A DNA stretch of 64,000 nt, from NCBI GenBank assembly GCA_964035575.1, contig OZ037846.1, positions 62,001 to 126,000 of the forward strand, written 5' to 3'. The stretch is from Rhynchopus sp. YZ270_cl-10. Its lineage: Eukaryota. The notes beneath the pieces were generated by a model that was not told where the DNA came from, ran no database searches, and was given only the letters and a program-made list of their open reading frames with translations. The position numbers were made by a program, and so were the translations under genes. Of this stretch, positions 10,301 through 22,820 are shown piece after piece. How positions within the stretch are numbered: position 1 is the first letter of the stretch; every line of letters starts with the position of its first letter.

Positions 10301-13300
10301 GCGCCTGCCGTGGCACCGTTTTCGAACACCTCAAGCGTCACGACGTCGTACGTCACACCTGCCTGCGGTGTCGACGGCTGCACCTTGCAGGACCCTATAT
10401 TCGCTGCAGGAACGTTGTACTTCACAGAAAAGTCCGCAATCGCTCTGGTGCAGAGAGTGTCTGTGTCGCCCCCTAGCTGCAGCGAGAAGACGGTGATGAG
10501 GTAGGCACCCCCTGAGTCAAGGTCGCGGTTGATGAACGTCAGGTCTGCTGGGTCGTACCCGTTGAAGGCAGTGTCGCGACTGGCGCAGGGCTGCAGCTCG
10601 ACGTCGAAGGTGATGTCTCCGTCGAAGAGCGTGTCGTCTATGCCGGTCAGTGTCACTGTGTGCGGAACGTCCCAGTCGGCGCGTGTGAATATAACCTGCG
10701 ACGCACCCAGCTTCCCTTCCGTCACATCGCGTGACACCACAGGGCACGTCACCGTGTCCATCGGCTGTGATGACAGCTGCATCGTGAATGTCGCCGACAG
10801 CCCAGTCTCGCTGATGATGTTCGATGCAGGCCCAACAACGATGACCTCCGCCATGTCGTTGTCCGCATTCTGCCCAGTCAGACTCTGCAGCTTCATGCCG
10901 CCGTAGCGCACATCAGACGACACCAGCGCATCGAAGTTCACATTGTACGGCCTGCTTCCATCCTTCTCCACGTCGTCCAACCCTGTCACCGTCACAGTCT
11001 GCGGCGTGCCCCAATGGTTCTTCCCCACGGTGTTCGCCTGCGTCGCGCCGTTGCTGAAGGTGATGGTGGTTGGGGTCATGGACGCTTCGGTGTCGTCGCT
11101 GATGCTCATCGTGAGCGTCACGTCCGCTGTGGGCTGTGTGTTGAGCGTCACTGTGAATGTCGAGGTGTTGCCCGACTCGCTGGTGAAGAGGTCCGTGCCG
11201 CCGCCTACGACTGCTACCGTGACGCCCGAGACATCGTCCTCTAGGTTAACGACAGAGACCTCAGCAACAGAGAGGCGTGCGTACACCAGGTCAGACGTGA
11301 TCGTGCCGCTGGACCTGATCAAGAACGTGGTGTCCCCGTCGTCCACTGCGTCCTGCATGCCCACCACAGCCACCTGCCGCACCCCCTCCCAGCTGCCAGG
11401 TGTGAAGCGCACCTCCGCAGGGTCCAGCGTGCCCTCCGAAGTGTCGTCGGAGAAGAAGCGGATCCACACCTCGCTCGTGGGCTGCGTCGCGATGGAGACG
11501 TTGAAGTACGCTGTGCCACCCATCTCCGTGGTCACAAGGTTGTTTGTGGGGAACACTGTCACCGCAGCTATGTCGTCGTCGATGTTGAAGAGCGGCACAT
11601 TGATCGGGTCGATGTCGCGGTAGACAGCGTCGTCGGTGCGTGCCTGGCTGGTCACAAATTCGTATGCGATGTCGCCGTCCTGAACGCGATCGTCCTGTCC
11701 AGTGAGGGTTACTGTGAAAACCTCGCGCCAAGTGTCCTTCCTGAAGACGACCTCAGTAACGTCGGTTGCACCCTCTGTGTGGTCGGAGCTCTGCACAGCG
11801 ACTGTGACGTCCGCGGTCGGCTCTGTCGCGAGGCGGATGTTGAAGAGAACACCGATGCCGCCTTCGGTTGTGTTGGCCATGCCTGAGACCAGAGGGACGA
11901 CGTCGATGCGCGCCTCGTCGTCGTCGAGGCAGCGTATCATGACGTCGGGGATGGGCACGCCGCTGTACTTCGGGTCCGTGCTGGTGGTGGTCCCCATCTT
12001 CGCAAGAAAGCTGATGTCGCCGTCGTCAATGTCGTCCTGCTTGCCGACTATCGTCACCACTGCTGGGCTGTTCCAGTTCGCCGCAGTGAACGTCACCGAG
12101 GACGGGTTCGGGTCACCTTCAGACGTATCACTCGAGACAACCTGGAACGAAACCGGTGCAGTCGGCTCGCTGTCCAACACCACTGTGAACGACGCAGCGA
12201 TGGACCCGTTTTCAGAGGTGACCAGGTCCGGTGCTGCGACAAGAGTGACGCCAGCCTTGTCGTCGTCTGCGTTGAGAAGGTTGCTCGGCGTCCAGACGAC
12301 ACCGCTGTAGGCAGCCTCGGTGCTCTGTGTGGACACCGTGACTTCGTATGGGATGTCGCCGTCGTCGATGCTGTCGTCCACGCCTGTTACTGTCAGCGTG
12401 ACGGGGGTGTTCCAGTTCGCAGCAGTAAACTGCACTGTCGCAGGCAGCACGGTCGCCTCCGTCACATCCGAGGTTCCAAGCTGCGCTGTTACCGCCGCCA
12501 TCGGCTCCGACAGAAGCTGCAACGTCAGCATCGCCGTGCCGCCTGCCTCCGTCGTCACCAAGGGGGTGACCGGGTCGAGCCGCACACCTGCCACATCATC
12601 GTCTGTGTTCGTCACCGCCACATCATCAGGGTTGATCCCTGCATACAAAGGGTCTGCACTGGTGGTAGCGCCGGTCACGATGAGGTACCTTGTGTCGCCG
12701 TCCTGCATCGCATCGTCCTGTCCAGTGACGACAACAGTCTGTGGTGTGCTCCACCTGCCCATGCCGTTGGGAAGCGACCCTGGGTGGAACACCAGCTCGT
12801 TGATGGAGAGCGTGCCCTCCGTTGGGTCTGTCGAGCTGAGTGCAATGGTGACCTCCGCAGTCGGCTGGGTGTGCAGTGCTACGGAGAACGTAGCCGTGCC
12901 GCCTGCCTCTGTGGTGGTGAGGCCGGTTGTGGGGGAGACGGTGACACCGATGCTGTCGTCGTCCATGTTCGTCACCGTGACGTCCGCTGGGTCGATCAGG
13001 TTGTAGGCAGAGTCGCCGCTGACAGCACGGTCGAGGATGATGCTGAAGGACACGGCACCGTCGTCGATAGCATCCTGCACACCGGTCACGGTCACGGTCC
13101 GCGGGCCCCCCCAGTTGCTCGGGGTGAAGACGAGCTGCGAGACGTCGACCCTCGCCTCGCCGGTGTTGCCGCTGCGCACGTTGATGGTGACGTCTGCGAA
13201 GGGCTGGCTCTCGAGGACGACTGTGAAGGTTTCGCTGTCGCCGGACTCGCTGACGAGGAGGCCTGTGGGTGCAACGAGGATGCCTGCCGCCTTCTCGCAG

Positions 13301-16300
13301 AGGGTGTTCGGCCCGTTGGCAGGGTCACCTGCCTGGTTGCGGTAGGAGTTGGGGCAGGGCATGCAGCGGTTCGCCTGCACGTTTTCGTTCTCCGCGCAGA
13401 AGATTGTGTCGCAGAAGGTGTTCTGTGCTGTCGCGTCGTCGCCACGGGCGTTGGTGGCGCCAGCCTCGCAAGGCACGCATTGGTTGTTGAGCACCTTCTG
13501 GTCCACTTCGCAGAGTGTGTTGTCGCAGCGTGTGTTCGGCCCAGATGCGTCGTCGCTGGGGAAGTTGGTGCTCCCCGCAGGGCACGCAGTGCAGGCGTTG
13601 TTGAGGACGTACTGGTCCTCGGGGCACAGCGTCGCGTCGCAGAGCGTGTCTGAGAGGGTCGCGTCGTCGTTTGCCTGGTTCGTCGTCCCAGGGGGGCATG
13701 CCGAGCAGGCGTGGTTCACAACGTGCTGGTTCGTGCTGCACAGCACCGAATCGCATTGTGTGTTCTGCGCAGAAGCATCGTCCCCCGCAGCGTTGACAGA
13801 ACCCAGCGGGCAGGAGACGCAGGCATTGTTCAGGACACGTTGATTTGCGCCGCAGAGCGTGTTGGTGCAGACGGTGTTGGTGCCGGTCGCGTCGTCCCCG
13901 GCGAGGTTGGTGGTGCCCGAGGGGCAAGCGATGCAGGCGTTGTTGAGGACACGCTGGTTTGCGAGGCAGGTGGTCGCGTCGCAGGTGGTGTCGGAGCCGG
14001 AGGCGTCGTCGTTGGGTTGGTTGGTGCTCCCTGCAGGGCACGGCACACAGATGTTGTTGGCGACGCGCTGGTTGCGGAGGCACTGCACTGCGGTGCAGGA
14101 GGTGTCGCCTCCGTTGGCACGGTCGCCTGCTGCGTTGGTGGTGCCTGCCTGGCAGGGCACACATTGGCTGCTTTGCACGCGGTGGTCGAGTGGGCATTGC
14201 GTCACGTCGCAGAAGGTGTCCTGCCCGGTTGCGTCGTCGTTCGCCATGTTTGTCTCGCCCGACGCGCAGGCGACGCAGAAGTGGTTGCGGACGTAGAAGT
14301 TTGTCCCGCACAGCGTTGCATCGCATTGCGTGTCGCCCCCAGCAGCACTGTCGCCTGCAGTGTTGGTCGACCCTGCGGCGCACGCCACGCAGGCAGATTG
14401 GAGGACGCGCTGGTCGGTGCCGCAGAGCGTCGCATCGCAGCAGAGGTTGACACCGCACGCAGCAGGGGTGCTGCCACAGAGGATCAGGTTCGAGCCTGCC
14501 TTCGCCTGGTACCCGAGGGGGCAGGTGAAGAGCGGGTTCGTGCACGTCGCATCGCAGCAAGTGGCGTCGTCGCAGTTAGCAAGGGAAGCCCCGCAGGTGA
14601 TCTGGTTCTGGTTGTTCTTGGCCTGGTAGCCTGCAGAGCAGAGGAACCTGCTGTTGCTGCAGGTGAAGTCGCAGCAGGTGGCTGCACTGCAGAGGGCTGC
14701 AGTGGCGCCGCAGGTGAGAGAGGCTTGGGCGGCCTTCGCGGTGTAGCCTGTGGGGCAGGTGAAGCCGGTGTTCGCACAGGTCGCGTCGCAGCAGAGTGCA
14801 TCGCTGCAGGAGGCGGCGGTGCTGCCGCAGATGAGGGACGCTTGGTTGGCCTTGGCGACAAAGCCTGCACCGCATGTGCGGGATGTGCAGGTGGCTTGGC
14901 AGCAGGTCAGTGCATTGCACTGTGCGGCGGTTTGCCCGCAGACGAGTGTAGCAGCGTTGGGAACCAGCTGGTAGCCTGCAGCGCTGCACCCGGCCCAGCC
15001 GCTGTGTGTGCAGGTCGCGTCGCAGCAGTCGGCATCGCTGCAGAGCAGGTGGCTTGCACCGCAGACGAAGTTCGCAGAGCTGGCCCGTGCCACGAGGCCA
15101 GCGCCAGCAGCGCAGACGACAGCAGCGTGGCTGCAAGTCACATCACAGCAGGTACCGTCGGTGCACGTACCCACCGGACCACCGCAGTTAATCGCCTGCG
15201 GGTTCGCCTTCAAACTAAACCCAATGTTGCACGAAAACTGCGCATTCTGGCACGTTGCGTCGCAGCAGGTGTTGCTGTCGCACAACCCGGCCTGACCGTT
15301 TGTGCACATAATAGCCTGCGGAACGGCCTTCTTTGTGAGGCCCGATTGGCAGGTGAAGGAAGGGAGGCCACAGCTTGCATCGCAGCAGAGTGCGTCGGAG
15401 CAGGAGGCTGTGGTGCTGCCGCAGGTGAGGAGCGCTGCTGAGGTCTTGACGGTGTAGCCTGTGGAGCATGCGAAGGCTGTGTTCGAGCAGAGCACGTCGC
15501 AGCAGAGTGTGTCGCTGCAGGCGGCTGCGGTGCTGCCGCAGGTGAGCGACGCTGCTGCTGCCTTCTTGATGTTGCCTGCAGAGCATGCAAAGCCTGACGT
15601 GCTGCACAGCGCATCGCAACACGTCGCAGTGTTGCAGTCAGCCAGCCCTGCACCGCACATGATAGCTGCCTGCCCCGCACGGTTCGTGAACCCCACAAAG
15701 TTCCCACACTGAAACCCTGCGTTGTCGCAATACACATCGCAACACAGCGTGTCGGTGCACGACGCCACCCTGCCCAGGCAGGAGAGTGAATCTGGCGACG
15801 CTTTCTTCTGGAGTCCTGCGGAGCAGGCGAACTGGTTGTTCGCGCAGGTGGCACCGCAGCAGAGTGTGTCGGTGCAGGTGGCGAGCGTTGTGCCGCATGT
15901 GATGGAGGCGGCGGCAGCACCTTGCGAGATGTAGCCTGTGCCGCAGACGAAGGAGGGGTGTGCGCAGTTGACGTCGCAGCAGAGTGTGTCACTGCAGGTG
16001 GCGGGCGTGGCGCCGCAGGTGAGCGTCGTGGCAGAAGACTTCTTTGTGAACCCTGTCGAGCACGCAAAGCCGGTGTTGCTGCACAGCACGTCGCAGCATA
16101 CAGGTGTCGTGCACGTCGCGCCTGTCGCCCCGCAGGTGATTGTGTTCGGGTTCGCCTTCTTCACAAACCCCGCCCCGCACACCATGCTGCTGTCCGCGCA
16201 CGTCACGTCGCAGCACGCAGCATCAGTGCACTGTGCGGCTGTGTTCCCACAGCGGATGGTGTTCTGCACGGCGCGTGCCTTCGCAGTGTACACAGGCGCT

Positions 16301-17211
16301 GCGCAGACGAAGCCGGTGTTGGAGCAGGTAGCATCGCAGCAGGTCGCAGTGCTGCAGTCGTTCAGCGCTGCGCCGCATGCTACGTTCAGGTTTGTCTTGG
16401 AAACGAAGCCTGCGAAGTTTGCGCAGTTGAATCCTGTGTTCGCGCACGTCACGTCGCAGCAGAGGGCCGTCGTGCAGCTACCTGGTGCGCTGCCACATGT
16501 GGTGCCAGCGGCAGAGGCACGCTGCTCGTAGCCAGTGAAGGCAGCGCAGTTGAAGGTTGGGCACTGTGCGTCGCAGCAGATGCTGTCAGTGCAGAAGCCT
16601 GCCGTCGCGCCGCACGTTGCTACTGCTGCCTTGGCGGTGTACCCCGCACTGCAGGTGTACGTGCTGCACTGTGTGTCGCAGCACAGCGCATCCGAGCATG
16701 CTGTAGGCAGTGCACCACACGTTGCTGAGGCAGCGTTTCTTGTGAAGCCGGCTGCAGCGTTGCATACATACCCTCCGCAGGTCGCGTCGCAGCAGAGCGT
16801 GGTGGTGCAGAGGGCAGGGGATGTTCCGCAGACGATGGTGCCCGCAGTCGCCTTGTGTACGAACCCTGTTGTGCAGCCGCCGTACGCAGAGCAGAGAGCC
16901 TGGGTGTCGCAGCAGACCGCCGTCGTGCACGTTGCGATGCTTGCCCCGCAGACAATGAGGTTGGGGTTTACCTTCAGCTGGAACCCCACACCGCATGTGG
17001 CAGGGGAGGCTTGGCACGTCGCGTCGCAGCACACAGCGTCGCTGCACGCAGGCTGGATGGCGCCGTCGCACTGCAGCGCTGGTGCGGTCGCCTTCAGCTG
17101 GAACCCGGTACTGCACGCATTCCACGCTGTGCACGACTTCTGCACGGTCTGCGCCTCACATCGTTGCACACAGAGCAACGCAAACAACACAACAACGGAG
17201 GACTTTACCAT
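7355..17211 (-). CDS. Giant type I membrane surface protein, ~2663 aa; exons 17211-10046, 8527-8404, 8187-8024, 7892-7355
   Basis: Signal peptide, ~23 CC(D)xTC Cys repeats, 10 CxxNQRVxNNxCxxCPxGxTNxxGDDA repeats, 8 Calx-beta/cadherin-like TE.GGTATF..W repeats, TM (LLVLIGLGVLCLLLCLGVVYML) followed by KKK, and a Pro/Tyr tail. Three GTATG...CAG introns join in frame (7992 nt in total). Confidence 0.85.
8581..8880 (+). mobile_element. Two hAT-like left termini with subterminal repeats, in intron 1
   Basis: CAGTGGTGGC followed by (GCATAC/GTATGC) repeats at 8581; CAGTGTTGGCAGAGTAC followed by GTACTT repeats at 8790. No matching right ends found. Confidence 0.45.
8905..9207 (+). pseudogene. hAT transposase C-terminal dimerisation domain fragment (intronic)
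   Basis: FWLTAVKLTRIPPHSCQCERTFSDMGFV...IHRATSLYKKLR resembles the L..P.SS..CER.FS..G...R..L motif of hAT dimerisation domains. Confidence 0.65.
9456..9790 (+). pseudogene. hAT (DUF659-like) transposase central fragment, frameshifted (intronic)
   Basis: LERLVRLKVSLRQVLCSEDF...LLANNFWKRAQ, then a frameshift, then IDVAKVIFFELRIFDS...GEV. Resembles the region downstream of the TRF motif in DUF659-type hAT transposases. Confidence 0.55.
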
Positions 17212-17439
17212 TTCCGTTTTGCCCCTTTCAGGAGGAGCGCTGGATCTGCAGTGGTGTGAAGGTTGAAGGAGGGGAGCGAGAAGGTGGAGGGAAGAGAGAA
17301 GAGGGGAGAATCAATAAAAGCAACAAAACGCTGTTTTTTTTGTAAATATACCTCCCTTGTTCCACCGCCAAATTTAAAACGGCTTTTCATTGTTAAAAAA
17401 AAACACATCCCAACCCATTCCCCCACCCCCACCCCCATA

Positions 17440-19098
17440 TCACTCCACCTTCTTCTTAGCTGCAGCGTACCCTACTATGGACCCTGCTGCACATATCCCT
17501 GCATGCGGCAATGCTACAGAATAGAAGAACACTCGTGTCAACGTTCCTAAAGGGGTTTCAGTACCGAACAGGCACACTGCGGCCCACACCCCCACCCCTA
17601 GGGTCAGCGTGAGGAGACTGCGCAGCGGTGCCCGCCCATCTGCCTTCAACGCAATGCACGAAACAACAGCTACATACACAGCCCCTACAAACCCAAGCGA
17701 GCACGACAGCACCGTACACGACGCGAGAAAGCAGACCCCATACAGGGTGGACACTGCCTTTAGCATTGCTGCATCTGCGACAGAGAGTTTAAGAGTGAAT
17801 ACGAGCAGGAGAGGGGCGATGAGCAGGAGGACGGCGTACGGTGTGTCCTGGGTTGCCAGAAGGAGTGCAAGAAGGGCTTCGGTTGTGACGACGGCGGCGA
17901 TTTTGGCGGGAACACACACAGTTTGTGGTAGTGGGGTGGCAAGGGAGGCACAGATGATAGCTGCGATGCCGAGCCATGCAGGCTGCTGCGCGGTGTCGTA
18001 GTCGACAAAGTGTTCGTCGTTCGTGTAGTAATACACCCAGAAGCTCTGGTGGAGCCGTTCACACATATTATTCATCGCACGCAGCACGCCGTTCACCACA
18101 TTAAGCAGTACCAGACCACGGTCGCCCCGCCCAGACACAACCCCACCCACCCCCTCTAACGTCACCATGTGAACGCCGGAGTCACGCAAATCACCGTGCA
18201 GTCCCACCTCCGTCAGCGATGCTGCAACGAAACTCCAAAAATACATCACATTTTGTGCCAATTTCGCGGCCTTCGTGGTCCGCAAATTAGGGAGCTTCCA
18301 GGACACTGCCGCCTCTGCGAGGCCTTCGACCCAATGCGGTGGGGTGTGCACCACTTCAGACACGACGTTCGGGTCAAGCATGCTGCATGGCAAGCGGTAT
18401 ATCATGCACAGACGGTACACGGTGTTCGCCAAATCCATGTTCGGCTGCAACACCCCCACCGCGCCGTGGGCAAGCGTCTGGATGTGCAGCGTCTCAAAAT
18501 CAAACCCCGTTGCGCCCAGGTCCAAAAACACCCCAGCCTTTATCGCCCCTACACCGGGCACCTTTCCCGAGCGCAGCATCACACCGTACTGAGACAAGCC
18601 TTCTTTAATGTTCCCATCCACCGCTACTACGTGCAAATCCATCCCAAGGTACGGGGCACCCCCCCACACCTCGACAGCTCGAAGCACCAAGGCGAGCGAG
18701 GCGGAGTCGTCACAACCGCACGCGAGCAGAAAACCGGAGCTGTGCGTTCCCCGCTGCGAAGGGATCACCGCTGTGACAAGCGTGCTGTCTGCGAAGGCTG
18801 TGGTGGAGGCTGTCGCAGTGCGGGTCAGCACCTCCTGCACATACTCCGCGACAGTGCCCCTCTCACGCATGCTGTCCAGCCTGCGCTGTTGGTGCGCCGC
18901 CCACTCCGCATCCCCACCGCTGAACGGCGACGCTGCTGACCCTACCCCCAAGGCTGTTTCAGAGAAGTACGTCCCACGCGAGAAGCACACAGGCAGCAGC
19001 ACCACCATCCCGACACATGCCACACAGAGCAGATACGCCAGAGAAGCGATGTGTCGTCCTGCCAAGGCGAGAATATGCTTCTTCAGCCCAAGCCCCAT
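17440..19098 (-). CDS. GAA1: GPI transamidase subunit Gaa1 (552 aa)
   Basis: N-terminal TM plus TYFSETAL, QPNMDLAN, RAMNNMCERLHQSFWVYY (Gaa1 signature), several C-terminal TMs and a dilysine KKVE ending. The ATG at 19098 is preferred over the ORF-track start. Confidence 0.85.
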   Translation of the reverse strand: MGLGLKKHILALAGRHIASLAYLLCVACVGMVVLLPVCFSRGTYFSETALGVGSAASPFSGGDAEWAAHQQRRLDSMRERGTVAEYVQEVLTRTATASTTAFADSTLVTAVIPSQRGTHSSGFLLACGCDDSASLALVLRAVEVWGGAPYLGMDLHVVAVDGNIKEGLSQYGVMLRSGKVPGVGAIKAGVFLDLGATGFDFETLHIQTLAHGAVGVLQPNMDLANTVYRLCMIYRLPCSMLDPNVVSEVVHTPPHWVEGLAEAAVSWKLPNLRTTKAAKLAQNVMYFWSFVAASLTEVGLHGDLRDSGVHMVTLEGVGGVVSGRGDRGLVLLNVVNGVLRAMNNMCERLHQSFWVYYYTNDEHFVDYDTAQQPAWLGIAAIICASLATPLPQTVCVPAKIAAVVTTEALLALLLATQDTPYAVLLLIAPLLLVFTLKLSVADAAMLKAVSTLYGVCFLASCTVLSCSLGFVGAVYVAVVSCIALKADGRAPLRSLLTLTLGVGVWAAVCLFGTETPLGTLTRVFFYSVALPHAGICAAGSIVGYAAAKKKVE

Positions 19099-19794
19099 AT
19101 TGCTATGTGGTGTGTGGGGGGTTGGGTGACTGCTGTGGTTGAGGTTGGTGAAGGGGAAAACGGCAAAGTGTGAAATAACATCCAAAGACCGTGGTAGGCT
19201 ATTTCCAGAACAAAAAGAGCAGTTGAAACGCATCTCAGTCGAACAACACGGTGGCCCATTGGACCCTCTGAGGGGTACCCCGGGGGGTACCCCACAGGGT
19301 AGGGTACGGTCCGCGAGGGGTACCCCTCGCGCGGGGTACCCCGCAGGGTAGGGTACGGTCCGCGCGGGGTACCCCGGGGGGTACCCTTGGGGGGTGTTAG
19401 CCGGGTTTTGGGGTACCCCGCGGGGTACCCCAAAACCTGCGGGGTACCCCGCGGGGTACCCCCCAAAACCTGAGGGGTACCCCGCTACGTACTTAGGGTA
19501 CGTAACGGGGTACCCCGCTACGTACCCTAGGGTTCGTCGCGGGGTACCCCGCGGGGTACCCCGTCACACTCGGTGGCTATTGCCTCCCAGGGAAAGGGAC
19601 TCTCGAATTTTTTTTTTTGCCCTATATAGGCCTAATTTCGACGATTTGAGGCCATTAAAAGCAAAATTTGGCACGTTTGAGCATCTGTGGGGGTCTAAAA
19701 CGCGGTTTTGCGCAGCCAATTTTTCGTGGTTTTTACCACAGACAAGTCGATTTTTGACCAATTTTTCACAAAAAAAAAATTTTTTTTTTGTGTC

Positions 19795-21848
19795 CATGGC
19801 TTCATAAATATATTGAATATCGTCAATATATTGATTTGGTGATGAATATTATTGATTGAATATTGAAAGTGTCAATAATATTGACTGAAAACTGTCAATA
19901 TTTCAATAATATTGAAATATTGATCATATTATTGAATATTGACGTTGCAGTGCCTGCTTTTTCCTTGACGGGAGGCCATAGCTGAGAATAAGACTTGGGG
20001 ACCCGGGACCCGGTTATTCTCAGTGGGACTGGGCACAATATGTCGAAAACGCTGTGAAAACGCCTGAAAGCGGGTCAGGGACCCGGGCGCGGGAGGGTGG
20101 GGGTATTCCCAGTCCCTAGGACTGGGACTGTACCCAGTGCCCAGTGCCCGTCCTAGTTCTAGTCCTGGGACCGTGCCCGGGACCCGGCTTATTCTCAGCT
20201 CCCTTCCAGCCACAGAGTGGAGAGGCAAAGGGTCAAACTTTTCTGTTGAAGCCATGTGCGCAACATTTCAAAGATTGTGCCATAAATCGCACATTATCAC
20301 AGCCAAACTATATCATGGATAGGGTAGAGCTGTGGGCTACCGCTCGTAATTCCTAAACACTTGTGTTTAGGTTTTTAAGATTGCTGCCCTCCCAGTGCCC
20401 TCTGGTGCACCCACCCGAAAATGCACCAAAGTGTAAGATTTTTTCGGCGTTGGAAATATTGGGCCTCAAAAATGCGGATCACCAAATCAGATCTGTGAGA
20501 GATTTGTTTTTAATTCCTATTTTCGTGTCGCGAGTTTACGTGGGAAATGCTTTAGAAACGTGCGTTCCTTAAGTACCCTATGGGCAAAACAGGCATTTTT
20601 CACCAAAATCCGGGATTTTCGCCTTTTTGGGTGGTTTTTTGGGCCCATACCCGGCTATATGGACTGGGAAACGCGATTCTGGGGTGCTAGAACCAGGTCT
20701 AGGCCGCACAGGGGTACTTCTGGGGCAAAAACAACCCACAAAACCATGCACTGCGTTGTGTTCTGTGACCATTCAGGTGTTTTAGCTAGTGTACGAGGCG
20801 TTGCGATCGATTTGGTTTCGTTCTCGCTCATCAACCACACGAGCTAGCAAAAAATATTTAGGATTCGCAAAACCAAATTTTGTCCGCGCCGCAGGCGCAC
20901 GGTGCGCTACTTTTTTATGAGAGTTGCGAACATACATTTGAAAAATCCATCCATCCACATGTCTTTTTTTATGAGAGGATCAGTGAGTAAATAGTTCCGC
21001 TTATGGGCCCAGGAGGCTTCCCCTGGTCAGGGGTGGGGTTTGCTGCTTGGAGAGGAGGTTGTTCTGGGTACAGAACGAGAAAAAAGAGTAGTTGAAACGT
21101 GCTAAAACGCAGTCGAGCTCATGCAAAGGGTAGGAGGTGTTCCGTACCGTAAGAGAACGGAGGCGGTTCACAACCGCTCGACGAATCACGCGACCTCTTT
21201 ATACCCCAGCCTTTTTAACAGCCAAAAAAACTCTATGATTTTGCACGTGTTACCGTGGGACTCTAAGGGCAATCATGGCTCAGTTCGTAAACGCGCACGT
21301 GCCATTCAATGCCATCGCGGGGGAGCGACTTGCCTTGTGGCATCAGATGGCTCCTTAGTGGGGGGATCTACGCGGACAGTGAGAGGGGGTGGGGAACAGC
21401 ATTCTCTACCTGGCTTCTGAAGAAGGGTGTCTTCCCTTGGGGCTACCGCGAAGTGCAATGCGGACTCGAGAAGTCATGTGGAATTTTGTCAGAGTTGGTA
21501 TCACACAAGTCGCCATATTTTTTGCATTTTTTGGTCCTAAGTTCAATTACCAGTCCTGGAAATTGGGGCAATTTTTTTGTGCCTCAACTCGGGCATGTTT
21601 TCATGTGTGGTGCACGAATTGTGTGAGGTTGGAAGATGCAGAACCAGTTTCCAAGGGGCGCAAGACCATTGTGTGAAGGAAAGTGTCAATATATTGATCA
21701 ATATATTGATCAATATTTGCAAATATTGAATGGGAAATTTACACGGTAAAAGTGTCAATATATTGAAAATTTCCTACGTGATATTGATCAATATATTGAT
21801 ATTGAAAAAAACGTGAAAAAAAATATTGAATATATTTATGAAGCCATG
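19795..21848. mobile_element. Non-autonomous TIR element (hAT-like) with AATATTGA subterminal repeats
   Basis: TIR CATGGCTTCATAAATATATT at both ends, with dense AATATTGA motifs at 19805-19942 and 21685-21835. TSD is not clean. Confidence 0.7.
19980..20200. mobile_element. Nested MITE with 13-bp TIR AGCTGAGAATAAG
   Basis: Perfect 13-bp inverted termini with internal GGGACCCGG and GGACTGGG repeats. No TSD seen. Confidence 0.55.
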
Positions 21849-22820
21849 TTGTGAAGGAAATCACACAGGAAATTGACTGTGCACGTAGTTCTAGCTACTA
21901 CATACACCGGGGTATGACCAAAATGACCGTATTTTGGCTGGAATTTCGACTTGACAATTTTTTTCTCGATTTGGTCAATCTGAGGTTTTCTTTGGATTTT
22001 TTGGGCCATTTTTTGACCTACCACGCCATGCTCTTGAAGCATGGCGGCTTGGTGTGAGAAGGGGCAGTGTATTGTTTTGTTCTAGATTTCAACGGTTGTT
22101 AGAACGAGTCAAGTGGATGCTTATCTAAACACTGACGGTAGTACAGACCCGAGAGATCACACATGACTTTGAGGAAAGAACAAAGCAATGCATCTGTACC
22201 CGCACGCCAGGTTGTAGTGACTCCAGAATTTTCTTAAGTTTGCGCGAAAGAGAGCGGGGGCAACTCCTTTGTGTCATGAGTCCGCTGTGCAGCACAAAGC
22301 GAGGAACCTTAAAACACTACCTGCGTGGTGGCTGAATTCACATCCCTTAGAATTACCAGAATCCAGCCTTTGTTGAAGTAACGTGCATACTTGTATGTGC
22401 GTGTCACGCTTCTCCACCCTTAAATGGGTGCACTGCTTCACTGCAGCGGGTAAGCCTCTCTCGACTAGTGCAAACTTAAGAATTTTCTGATGGAACTTAC
22501 CAAAATCGATTTTCTCACCCCAAACACCCGCAACACCCCACCTGCTACTTCTGTAGCCTGTGTTGTTGGGAGTTGGTTCTCATGTTCATCCCCAGTGTCT
22601 TGCACTGCTTCTTCTGAGCCCAACGCTGTTTGGCCTGTCGACGTAATAGATACGAAGACAGGGGGGCGGTGCCGACAATTTTCCAATGATGTAACGTTTA
22701 TCTGATTGATTTATCGTTTGATATACCTTGTGTGTGCTACTTCATGCACACCAAGCAACATATATTGAACGGGACTTTCAAGCGATACTTCGTTACGTCA
22801 TTGGGGGGGGGGGGGGGGGG

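Noticed and set aside
10166..17345. Many plus-strand and alternative-frame ORFs over the large gene (and over the AC genes)
   Set aside because: Antisense shadows of GC3-rich coding sequence.
19099..19233. N-terminal extensions given by the ORF track (GAA1, AC3 to 33557, AC6 to 58050)
   Set aside because: The extensions are low-complexity UTR or splice-acceptor sequence; paralog alignment and composition favour the downstream ATGs.
19270..19562. Possible CRISPR-like array of palindromic repeats
   Set aside because: Irregular spacing, no unique spacers, no cas genes and a eukaryotic context.
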